Shown here piece by piece: positions 33,529 through 42,078 of a DNA stretch of 64,000 nt. Within the stretch, counting starts at the first letter, position 1. The number at the start of each line of letters is the position of its first letter. Source of the stretch: an uncultured Chloroflexia bacterium (GTDB lineage: Bacteria > Chloroflexota > Limnocylindria > QHBO01); NCBI GenBank assembly GCA_963827475.1, contig CAWHAZ010000005.1:576001-640000 (forward strand), given 5' to 3'. A program made the position numbers and the translations under genes. The notes under the pieces were generated by a model. That model was not told the DNA's origin, did not search any database, and saw only the letters and a program-made list of their open reading frames with translations.

Positions 33529-35194
33529 TCAGCTCAGGGGCGTATCGGTATCCCAGTCCTCGAGGCGCTTGCGCACGTCGGCCAGGAAGTAGCCGACCTG
33601 GGCGCCATCCAGGACGCGGTGGTCGAACGAGCAGGTCATGTTCATGAGGTGCCGGACGGCGATGACGTCGGCGCCGTCGACCTCGATCACCCGCGGGCGC
33701 TTGACGATGGCCTCCATCGACAGGATGGCGACCTCCGGCGCGTTGATGATCGGCATCGATGACACCGATCCGAACCAGCCGGTGTTGTTGACCGTGAACG
33801 TCCCGCCCTGGATCTCGTCGAGCTTGAGCCGGTTCGCACGTGCGCGCGCGGCAAGGTCCTGGACCTTCCGGTTCACGCCGCTGATCGAGAGCTGGTCCGC
33901 GTCGTGGATGACCGGCACCACCAGCCCGTTGTCGACGGCGACCGCGATACCGATGTTCAGCCGGTGCTTGAGGATGATCCGGTCCTCGGCGAACTGGCTG
34001 TTCAGGGTCGGGTGGGCTCGCAGGGCCTCGGTCACAGCTTTGATGACGACGGCCACGTAGCTGATCCCGGCACCTTCGCGGGCCTTGTACGCCTCGTTGT
34101 TCGCGTCGCGCCAGCGGACGACGTTGGTCATGTCGACCTCGACCACGGTGTAGGCGTGGGGGACGGTCTGCTTGACCTGGGTCATCTTGGCGGCGATGCC
34201 CTTCCGCATCTGGGTCATCGGCCATTCCACGTCTCCGCCGGTGGGTGCGGGGATCGCCTCGGGGGCCGGTGCCGGGGTGGCCGCGGGCGGTGGGGGAGCG
34301 GCTGCGGGCGGCGCGGGAGCTGCTGCGGGCGGCGCGGGAGCCTGTGCCGCCGGAGCAGGGGCAGCGGGAGCCTGTGCCGCCGCGGGAGCGGGTGGCGGAG
34401 CGGCAGCAACGGGTGGCGGGGGCCGGTGCGGCTGCCGCTGGGGGAGCCGGCGGGGCGGCAGGAGGCGGCGCTGCCTCGGCGGGCGCAGCCGGTGACGCGG
34501 CAGGCGTCTCCTCGCGAGCGGCAACGAAGGCGAGAACGTCGTCGCGGGTCACGCGGCCACCGGCGCCGGTGCCGGGGATCTGGGCCACGTCGAGGTTGTG
34601 CTCGCGGACGAGTCGACGGACCGCCGGCGTCATGCGCATCGCGCCTTCGCCAGCGGCCGGAGCCGGCTCATCACCGGAAGGTGCGGCCGCGGCCGCCGGA
34701 GCGGCCTCAGGGGCGTCCGACGCAGCCGGCTCAGCGGGCGTCGCGGGGGGCGGCGGGGACGTGGCTTCGGCAGCCGCAGCGGGCTCCGGAGCGGGCGTGG
34801 GCGCCGGCTCGGTCACCGGGGGCGCTGGCTCGGTCGCGGACGGGGCCTCCGCCTCGGATTCGGGCGGAGCGTCGAGCTCGACCTCCGGCTCGGCCTCGGC
34901 TGGCGGCGCAGCGGCGGCAGCGGCAGGCGCCGCCGCGGTGGTGGCCGCTCCCTCGCCGTCCTCTGAGATCTCGGCCAGCGGCGTCCCGACCTTCACGGTC
35001 TGGCCGTCCTCGACCAGGATGCTGGTCACCACCCCGCCGACCTCGGCCGGAACCTCGGCGTTGACCTTGTCGGTCACGACCTCGAACAGCGGGTCGTACT
35101 GGGCCACGGAATCGCCGACCTTGACCAGCCAGCGTTCGATGGTGCCCTCGGTGACGCTCTCACCGAGCTGCGGCATCTTGATCGTGGTTGCCAT
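33529..35194 (-). CDS. 2-oxoacid dehydrogenase E2 (dihydrolipoamide acyltransferase; frameshift near 34420)
   Basis: MPQLGESVTEG, lipoyl TDKV, TPAVRRL E3-binding domain, DHRVLDG. Confidence 0.93.
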
Positions 35195-35214
35195 CGGTCC
35201 GGAAGACTAGCCGA

Positions 35215-36201
35215 TCAGAACGCCGCGAGCCGGCGCGCGGCTTCGGCGATGCGTTCGGGATTGAGCATGAACCACTCCTCCAGGTCGTGGGCGTACGGCA
35301 CCGCGGGCACCTCGGGCCCGGCAAGCCGGGTGACGGGCGCGTCGAGGCTCTCGAAGCCATCCTCCGCGATGAGCGCGGCCACCTCCCCTCCGAATCCGCC
35401 GAACTGGTTCGCCTCGTGAACGACCAGTGCGCGGCCGGTCTTCGCGACCGACGCGAGGACCGCCTCGCGATCCAGGGGCCGAAGCGTCCGGAGATCCACG
35501 ACCTCGGCGTTGATCCCGTCCGCAGCCAGGGTCTCGGCCGCCTCGAGCGCGCAGTGGCGCATGTAGCCGTAGCAGAAGATCGACAGGTCGGTCCCGGGCC
35601 GGGCCACGACCGCGGCGCCGATCGGCACCAGCCCGTCCCCATCATCGGGCACCTCGGCCTTGAACAGGCGATAGGTCTTCTTGTGCTCGAAGAACATCAC
35701 CGGGTCCGGGTCGCGGACGGCGGCCTTCAGGAGGCCGTAGGCATCGGCCGGCGTGCCGGGCGCGACCACTTTCAGGCCGACCGTGGAGGTGAAGTACGCC
35801 TCGTTCGACTGCGAGTGGTACAGCGCGCCGTGGACCCCGCCGCCGTACGGCATGCGGATGACCATCGGTACCCCGAACGCCCCGTTGGACCGGAAGCGCA
35901 TCCGGGCGATCTCGCTCACGATCTGGTTGAAGGCGGGGTACACGAAGTCGGCGAACTGCATCTCGGCGATCGGTCGCAGGCCGTACAGGGCGGCGCCCAT
36001 CGCCGCGCCGGCGATCAGCCCCTCGCTGAGCGGGGTGTCGAGCACCCGCTTGTCCCCGTACTTCGCCCACAGGCCGTCGGTGGCGCCGAACACGCCGCCC
36101 TTGCGACCGACGTCCTCGCCCATGACCATGACCCGCTCGTCCGCGGCGAGCTCTTCGTCCATCGCCCGCCGGATGGCCTCCAGGATGTTCAGCTCGGCCA
36201 T
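35215..36201 (-). CDS. 2-oxoacid (likely branched-chain) dehydrogenase E1 beta
   Basis: GEDVGRKGGVF, DTPLSE, EMQFADF, GGGVHGALYHSQS. Confidence 0.93.
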   Translation of the reverse strand: MAELNILEAIRRAMDEELAADERVMVMGEDVGRKGGVFGATDGLWAKYGDKRVLDTPLSEGLIAGAAMGAALYGLRPIAEMQFADFVYPAFNQIVSEIARMRFRSNGAFGVPMVIRMPYGGGVHGALYHSQSNEAYFTSTVGLKVVAPGTPADAYGLLKAAVRDPDPVMFFEHKKTYRLFKAEVPDDGDGLVPIGAAVVARPGTDLSIFCYGYMRHCALEAAETLAADGINAEVVDLRTLRPLDREAVLASVAKTGRALVVHEANQFGGFGGEVAALIAEDGFESLDAPVTRLAGPEVPAVPYAHDLEEWFMLNPERIAEAARRLAAF

Positions 36202-36204
36202 CGG

Positions 36205-37320
36205 TCAGCTCCCGTCCGCGTAGACGTGGCGGAGGATGGTGCCGGGGTCCGGCTCGGGTCGAGCCTCGGCTCGCGCCGCCGCCTCGGCGACCTGGGCCTT
36301 GACCTCCGCCCGCAGGGCTTCGTCCGCCGCCTCGTCGAGCACGCCCCATTCGCGCAGGCTGGCCGCCAGGCGGGGGATCGGATCGCGCTCCTTCAGCCCC
36401 TCGACGTCCGCCGCGTCGCGGTAGCGGCGCTGGTCGTCGTCCGACGAGTGGCTGGTGAGCCGAACGACATGGGCCTCGATCAATGTCGGCCCGCCACCGG
36501 TCTGCGCCCGCACGTGCGCCTCCCGACCGACCGCGTAGCAGGCGAGCAGGTCTCCGCCGTCGACCTGGACCCCGGGGAAGCCGTAGCCGGCCGCCCGGGC
36601 GGCGATGGATCCGCCGCCGACCTGCCGCTCCAGCGGGACGCTGATCGCGTAGCCGTTGTTCTCGCACACGAAGATGACCGGCAGCTTGTGGACGCCGGCG
36701 AAGTTCATCGCCTCGTGGACCTCGCCCTGGTTGGCGGTTCCCTCCCCGAACTGGGTGATCGCCACGGCGTCGTCGCCGCGGACCCAGGCGCCCAGGCCGA
36801 GGCCCACCGCGTGGAGGACCTGGGTCCCGACCGGTGAGCTGACGCTGAGGATGTTGTGGGGCGCGGCCCCGTAGTGGCCGGGCATCTGCCGCCCGCCCGA
36901 CGAGATGTCGTCGCCCTTGGCCAGGTGGGCGGTGATGATGTCCTCCGGCGTCATGCCGAAGGTCATCGCCGCGGCAATGGACCGATAGAAGGGCGCCATC
37001 CAGTCGTGGCCCTTGCGCAGCGGCCAGGTGATCCCGACCTGCGCCACCTCGTGGCCCTGGACGCTGATGATGAAGGCGATCTTCCCCGCCCGCTGCATGA
37101 GCCACATCCGCTCGTCGACGGCCCGCGCGATGAGCACCTGGCGGTACATCGCGACGACGTCCTCATCGGTCAGCCCCAGGGCGCGGTGCGGCGCCTCCGG
37201 CGCGGCCACCTTGGATCCGCCTCGCTTCGCCGCCTTGGGCCACGCGGCGTCATCGGTCTTGTCATCCCACGCGAGCCCGATCTCGCGACCCGCCTTCCGG
37301 TCGTTGTCGGATTCGGTCAT
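36205..37320 (-). CDS. 2-oxoacid (likely branched-chain) dehydrogenase E1 alpha
   Basis: GRQMPGH, GEGTANQG..ENNGYAIS TPP motif, HSSDDD; resembles Bacillus BkdAA. Confidence 0.92.
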   Translation of the reverse strand: MTESDNDRKAGREIGLAWDDKTDDAAWPKAAKRGGSKVAAPEAPHRALGLTDEDVVAMYRQVLIARAVDERMWLMQRAGKIAFIISVQGHEVAQVGITWPLRKGHDWMAPFYRSIAAAMTFGMTPEDIITAHLAKGDDISSGGRQMPGHYGAAPHNILSVSSPVGTQVLHAVGLGLGAWVRGDDAVAITQFGEGTANQGEVHEAMNFAGVHKLPVIFVCENNGYAISVPLERQVGGGSIAARAAGYGFPGVQVDGGDLLACYAVGREAHVRAQTGGGPTLIEAHVVRLTSHSSDDDQRRYRDAADVEGLKERDPIPRLAASLREWGVLDEAADEALRAEVKAQVAEAAARAEARPEPDPGTILRHVYADGS

Positions 37321-37323
37321 CGG

Positions 37324-38743
37324 TCAGACGTGGAGCGCGGCCCCGTCGACCGCCAGCGCGGCCTCGGCCAGGACCTCGGTCAGGGTCGGGTGGGCATGCA
37401 CGGACATCGCGATCTCCTCGGCCGTCCCCTCCACCAGGCGGGCGAAGGTCGGCTCTGCCAGCAGGTCGCCGGCGTGGGGACCGATGATATGCGCCCCGAG
37501 CAGCTGTCCGGTCCCGGCGTCGGCCACGAACTTCGCAAACCCGTCGACCTCGCCCACGATCGTCGCCTTGCCCAGGGCGCGGAACGGGAAGCTGCCGACC
37601 TTCACCGTGTGGCCGGCCGCCGATCGCCTCTGCCTCGCTGAGGCCCACGCTGGCGATCTCCGGCCGGCAGAAGGTCACGCGGGGCATGAGGTCCATCCGG
37701 ATCGGCTCCGGCTCGCGGCCGGCAATGGTCTCGACCGCCACCAGCGACTCGTGGCTGGCGACGTGGGCGAGCGCGTAGCCGGGGACGACGTCGCCGATCG
37801 CGTACAGGTGCGGGACGCCCGTCCGCATGTTGCCGTCGACGACGATGAAGCCGCGGTCCAGCTTCACGCCGTCGATCTGCTCCAGGCCGATGTTCTCGGT
37901 CACCGGCCGCCGGCCGATCGCGACCAGGATCCAGTCGCTCTCGACCTCCGTCCGTTCGCCGCCATCGTTGGCGACGATCGCGTGGCGGATGCCGGTCTTC
38001 GTGCGTTGGAGCGACGCCGGATCCACGGTCGAGCCGGCGTGGATCGCCATCCCGCGCTTGCGGAACAGTCGGGCGAGCTCCTTGCTGACGTCGGGGTCCT
38101 CGAGCGGAACGATGCGGTCCATGAACTCGACGAGTTGCACCTCGGCCCCGAGGTCGCCGTACAGGCTGGCCCATTCCACGCCGATGGCGCCGGCGCCGAT
38201 GATCGTCACCGACTTCGGGGGCGCGTCCCGCCGGAGCGCCTCGTCCGAGTCGATGATCCGGTCCTGGTCGACCGTCAGGTCGGGCAGGTGGCGCGGCGCG
38301 CTGCCGGTGGCCAGGATGAGGTCGGTGGCGCTGGCCTCCAGGTCGCCCGACTCGCCGCCGCTGATGCGCACGCTGGTCGGGCTGGTCAGGACGCCGTGGC
38401 CGCGCAGGACGGTCACCTTGTTCTTCTTCATCAGGAACTCGACGCCCTTCACGTGCTTGTCGACTACCGCGTCCCGACGCTTGCCGAGGTTGACGGGATC
38501 CAGGCCGATGCCGTCGGTGTTGGTCAGCCCGAACTCGCCGCCGAGCTCCTTTGCCCGATGCAGCAGGTCCGCCGTCTCGAGCAGGGCCTTGGAGGGGATA
38601 CAGCCGCGGTTCAGGCAGGTGCCGCCCATCTTGTCGCGCTCGACGACCGCCACCTTCATCCCGAGCTGAGCCGCCCGGATGGCGCCCACGTAGCTCATCC
38701 CTCCACCCAGGATGAGCAGGTCGTACCGATGTTCGTCGGTCAT
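37324..38743 (-). CDS. lpdA: Dihydrolipoyl dehydrogenase (frameshift near 37620)
   Basis: GGTCLNRGCIPSK, GAGAIG, AIGD, HAHPTLTE. Confidence 0.94.
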
Positions 38744-39183
38744 GCGGGCCGGTCCAGGTCTCGCCCCTCGTGGGTGGCGAAGGCGGAGCGCCACGCGTCC
38801 GGCACGCGGATCGGTCGCTCGGTCTCGTAGTCGTAGGCCACCAGCACCGTGCCGGCCTCGGCCACCACGCGCTCCGCATCCTCGGCTTCCGGCTGGGCGG
38901 TCATCTCGTGTGACATGGACAGGCTGCTGTTGCCGATCCAGTCCACCCGGGTGCCGATCCCGACGCTGTCGCCGAAGTGGATGGGAGAGCGGAAGTCCAC
39001 GTTCAGGGCGGCCAGGATCACGGGCAGGGTCTGGACGACGTCGACGTGGAGGACGTCGATGAGGAAGCGGACGCGGGCCTGCTCGAGATAGGTCACGAAG
39101 GAGGCGTTGTTGACGTGGCCGAAGGCGTCGATGTCCCGGAACCGGACCTCGAGGCGCGTGTGATGGCGGAACGAATCGGTCAA
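38740..39183 (-). CDS. Acyl-CoA thioesterase (4HBT/YbgC family)
   Basis: RFRDIDAFGHVNNA..YLEQAR; TTG start at 39183. Confidence 0.88.
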   Translation of the reverse strand: MTDSFRHHTRLEVRFRDIDAFGHVNNASFVTYLEQARVRFLIDVLHVDVVQTLPVILAALNVDFRSPIHFGDSVGIGTRVDWIGNSSLSMSHEMTAQPEAEDAERVVAEAGTVLVAYDYETERPIRVPDAWRSAFATHEGRDLDRPA

Positions 39184-39221
39184 CGGAGGACCGATTCTAG
39201 CGGCCGGTGGCGCTCCATCGG

Positions 39222-40397
39222 TCAGAGCGCCTCCTGCGCTCGCGCGATGAGGCCCGCCAGCAGCGTCGTCCGTGGCGCGACACTCGCGAGGTCGAGCCAC
39301 TCCGGCGGGGCGTGGTCGTCCCCGCCGATCGGCCCGAGGCCGTCGAGGGTCGGCAGGCCGGCGGCCGCGGTGGTGTTCGCGTCGGACGCCCCGCCGGTGA
39401 GCGTGTCGTGGACCTCGAAGCCGATGTCGGCGGCGATGGCCTGGGCAAGCTCGACGAGACGGCCGGTCGCCGCCGACTTCTCCATCGGCGGATGGGAGGC
39501 AATGACCCGGTGTTCCGTCGTGGTCTCGGGCACGAATGGGCTGGCCATGATCTCGCCGGCGGCGGCGGTCGCTTCGGCGAACTCGGCGCCGTTGGCGGCC
39601 CGCAGGTCGACCTCCAGCCGGCACGATTCCGGGACCACGTTGGGCCGCGTGCCGCCGGCGATGACGCCGACGTTGCAGGTCACCGTCGGCCACCGTCCGT
39701 TCAGGCCGTGGAGCGCTTCGACCAGCCGCGAGGCGGCGAGGATGGCGCTCCGTCCCTTCTCCGGTTCGACCCCGGCATGGGCGGCGCGTCCCCGGACGGC
39801 GACCACCATCTCGGCGATCCCCTTCCGGGCACTGACGATGTCGCCGTTGGCCCGGGCACACTCCAGGACCAGGGCCACCTCGTGGTTCGCGGCGAGCTCG
39901 CGAATGATCGGCCCGGAGAAGGGCGACCCGATCTCTTCGTCAGGGTTGGCCACGAAGGTCACCGATGGTCGCTGGCCGGTGGCGTGGAGGGCGTGGAGCG
40001 CCGTCAGGCCAGCCAGGAGACCCCCTTTCATGTCGGACACGCCCGGGCCGAGAGCCCGCTCGCCGTCGACCCTGAACGGGCGATCGGCGGCGGTCCCTTC
40101 CTCGAAGACGGTGTCCATGTGGCCGATGAGCAGCAGGCGCGGGCCGGAGCCGGCCAGGCGGCCGATGACGAGATCCCCGAGCGCGCGGCCGTCCGGCGCC
40201 GCCCCGCCACCCCGGCGCTCGATCGTCGCCCCGAGCCCCTCCAGCTGCTCCGCCACGACGTCAGCCACGCGGTTCACGCCGTCGGGCGTGTACGAGCCGC
40301 AGTCGACGTTCACCAGCTTCTCGAGGTCGGCGAGATAGGCCGGGACCCGCTCGACAACCTGGGCGTGAAGGTCCGACAGGGGCGGCGGGGAGGCCAT
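39222..40397 (-). CDS. M20 metallopeptidase (carboxypeptidase G2-like)
   Basis: GHMDTV, GVSDMKGG, DEEIGS, LE, AAHAG, GGASD, H..EW. Confidence 0.9.
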   Translation of the reverse strand: MASPPPLSDLHAQVVERVPAYLADLEKLVNVDCGSYTPDGVNRVADVVAEQLEGLGATIERRGGGAAPDGRALGDLVIGRLAGSGPRLLLIGHMDTVFEEGTAADRPFRVDGERALGPGVSDMKGGLLAGLTALHALHATGQRPSVTFVANPDEEIGSPFSGPIIRELAANHEVALVLECARANGDIVSARKGIAEMVVAVRGRAAHAGVEPEKGRSAILAASRLVEALHGLNGRWPTVTCNVGVIAGGTRPNVVPESCRLEVDLRAANGAEFAEATAAAGEIMASPFVPETTTEHRVIASHPPMEKSAATGRLVELAQAIAADIGFEVHDTLTGGASDANTTAAAGLPTLDGLGPIGGDDHAPPEWLDLASVAPRTTLLAGLIARAQEAL

Positions 40398-40421
40398 GGG
40401 GCCGAAACTATACTGGCCGCC

Positions 40422-42056
40422 ATGCCCGCCGACCGACCGCCCGAGCCGGCCGTCGAGCTGCTCGAGCTGCGCGTCCTGGAGGGTCCCAACCGCTTCGCCA
40501 ACCGGCCGGCAATCAAGCTGGAGTTCCAGGGCGACCCCGAGGCCGTGGTCCGTGTTACCCGTGATGCGGGCGAGCTCGTGCGCCACTTCCACCACGAGAT
40601 GGGCTACACCGCGCCGCGGGTGACCTTCCGACGGTCCGAGGACGGGACACGCGCGATGGCCGCGTTCGCCTGGCGCCGGCGAGCGATCGCCCAGGCCATC
40701 GCTGGCGCGGCCGCGCGAGTGGCGCTGGGGGCGGGGACCGAGCGGCGGGAGTTGCGAGCCCTGCGGGCCGTGGCCGAGGGTCCGCGTGCCGTCCTGCCCA
40801 TCCCGCGCGTCCCGATCGTGGCCGTCACCGGCACCAACGGCAAGAGCACGACCACCCGGCTCATCGCCCACGTGGCGGCCGAGGCCGGACTGCGGGTGGG
40901 CATGACCAACTCGGACGGGATCTACGTCCGGGGCGAGCTGGTGGAGGCCGGCGACTGGACCGGCTTTGGCGGCGCCGGCCGCATCCTGGCCGAGCCGGAC
41001 CTCGACCTGGCGGTTCTCGAGACGGCCCGCGGCGGGATCCTGCTGCGCGGCATCGGCTACGAGCACAACGACGTGTCGGTGGTGACCAACGTCAGCGCCG
41101 ACCACCTCGGCCTGCAGGGGATCGACACCCTCGACGAGCTGGCGGAGGTGAAGGGAGCCGTGGTCCGCATCACGCGCCGCGGCGGGTGGGCCGTGCTCAA
41201 CGGCGAGGACCCGAGGGCCTGGGCCATGCGCCTCCACAGCCGCGCGCGGCCATATGCCTTCAGCCTCTCGCCGGGCGCCCCGGCGGTGGCGGAAGCGCTG
41301 GCCGACGGCGGACGGTCGGCGGTCCTCGAACGCGGCGGGCTCGTTCTGCGCCGCCCTCGCGGCCGCCGGGTACGCCTCGTCACGGCCGCGGACCTCCCCG
41401 TCACGTTCGGAGGTCTCTCCCGGTACAACATCGCCAACGCCCTCGCGGCGGCGGCGGCCTGCGACGCGCTGGGCCTGTCACCGGACGAGATCCGGCACGG
41501 TCTCGGGTCGTTCGCCCAGGACGAGACGGTCAACCCGGGGCGGCTGAACCTGTATGCCCGCCGGGGGGTGCTCGCGCTGGTCGACTTCGCGCACAACGAG
41601 GCCGGGCTGGCCGGACTCCTCGACGTCTGCGATCGGCTCGTCCTCAAGCCAACCGGCAGGGTTCGGCTCGCCCTCGGCACGGCTGGAGATCGGACCGATG
41701 AGATCCTGCGGGGCCTCGGCCAGCTGGCGGGCAGCCGGGCCGACGATCTCGTCATCTGCGAGAAGCGCCACTACCTTCGCGGCCGCGAGGTGGGGCAGAT
41801 GAACGCCCTGTTCCGTGCCGCCGCGGCGGAGGGTGGGTACGCCGACCGCGTTCCCGCGTACCGGACCGAGCTCGGGGCCCTGCGAGCGCTGCTCGGGCGG
41901 AGCCGCCGCGGAGACATTGCCGCGGTCATGAGCCACATCGAGCGGGCACAGATCTTTGCCTGGCTATCGCGCGAGGGCTTCCGACCGGTTCCCCTGGCGC
42001 GGCTTCGGGCGTTGCTCGCGGCGCGGGAGCAGAGGGTCCGCGACCGCTCTGGCTGA
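40422..42056 (+). CDS. CphA-like Mur-ligase protein lacking the ATP-grasp domain (544 aa)
   Basis: N-terminus LRVLEGPN (cf. CphA RVYRGPN); VTGTNGKSTTT, ETARGGILLRG, NVSADHLG, PGRLN, DFAHN, GDR. Confidence 0.85.
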   Translation: MPADRPPEPAVELLELRVLEGPNRFANRPAIKLEFQGDPEAVVRVTRDAGELVRHFHHEMGYTAPRVTFRRSEDGTRAMAAFAWRRRAIAQAIAGAAARVALGAGTERRELRALRAVAEGPRAVLPIPRVPIVAVTGTNGKSTTTRLIAHVAAEAGLRVGMTNSDGIYVRGELVEAGDWTGFGGAGRILAEPDLDLAVLETARGGILLRGIGYEHNDVSVVTNVSADHLGLQGIDTLDELAEVKGAVVRITRRGGWAVLNGEDPRAWAMRLHSRARPYAFSLSPGAPAVAEALADGGRSAVLERGGLVLRRPRGRRVRLVTAADLPVTFGGLSRYNIANALAAAAACDALGLSPDEIRHGLGSFAQDETVNPGRLNLYARRGVLALVDFAHNEAGLAGLLDVCDRLVLKPTGRVRLALGTAGDRTDEILRGLGQLAGSRADDLVICEKRHYLRGREVGQMNALFRAAAAEGGYADRVPAYRTELGALRALLGRSRRGDIAAVMSHIERAQIFAWLSREGFRPVPLARLRALLAAREQRVRDRSG

Positions 42057-42078
42057 CCGCTCCGGCTGACCGCTCCGC

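Noticed and set aside
30674-33592. Apparent 972-aa fusion of GGDEF/HD-GYP with a secreted domain
   Set aside because: Removing one G at about 32511 gives a natural stop at 32543, and the downstream part has its own signal peptide, so these are two genes.
20340-37640. Programmed ribosomal frameshifting in aceE, lipA or lpdA
   Set aside because: No consistent slippery motifs were seen, and the indels are scattered across unrelated genes, which fits sequencing error.
42051-42076. Tandem repeat GGCTGACCGCTCC x2 between convergent genes; GACCGATG x3 at 10083-10124
   Set aside because: Too short and without spacers; not CRISPR-like, most likely local slippage.
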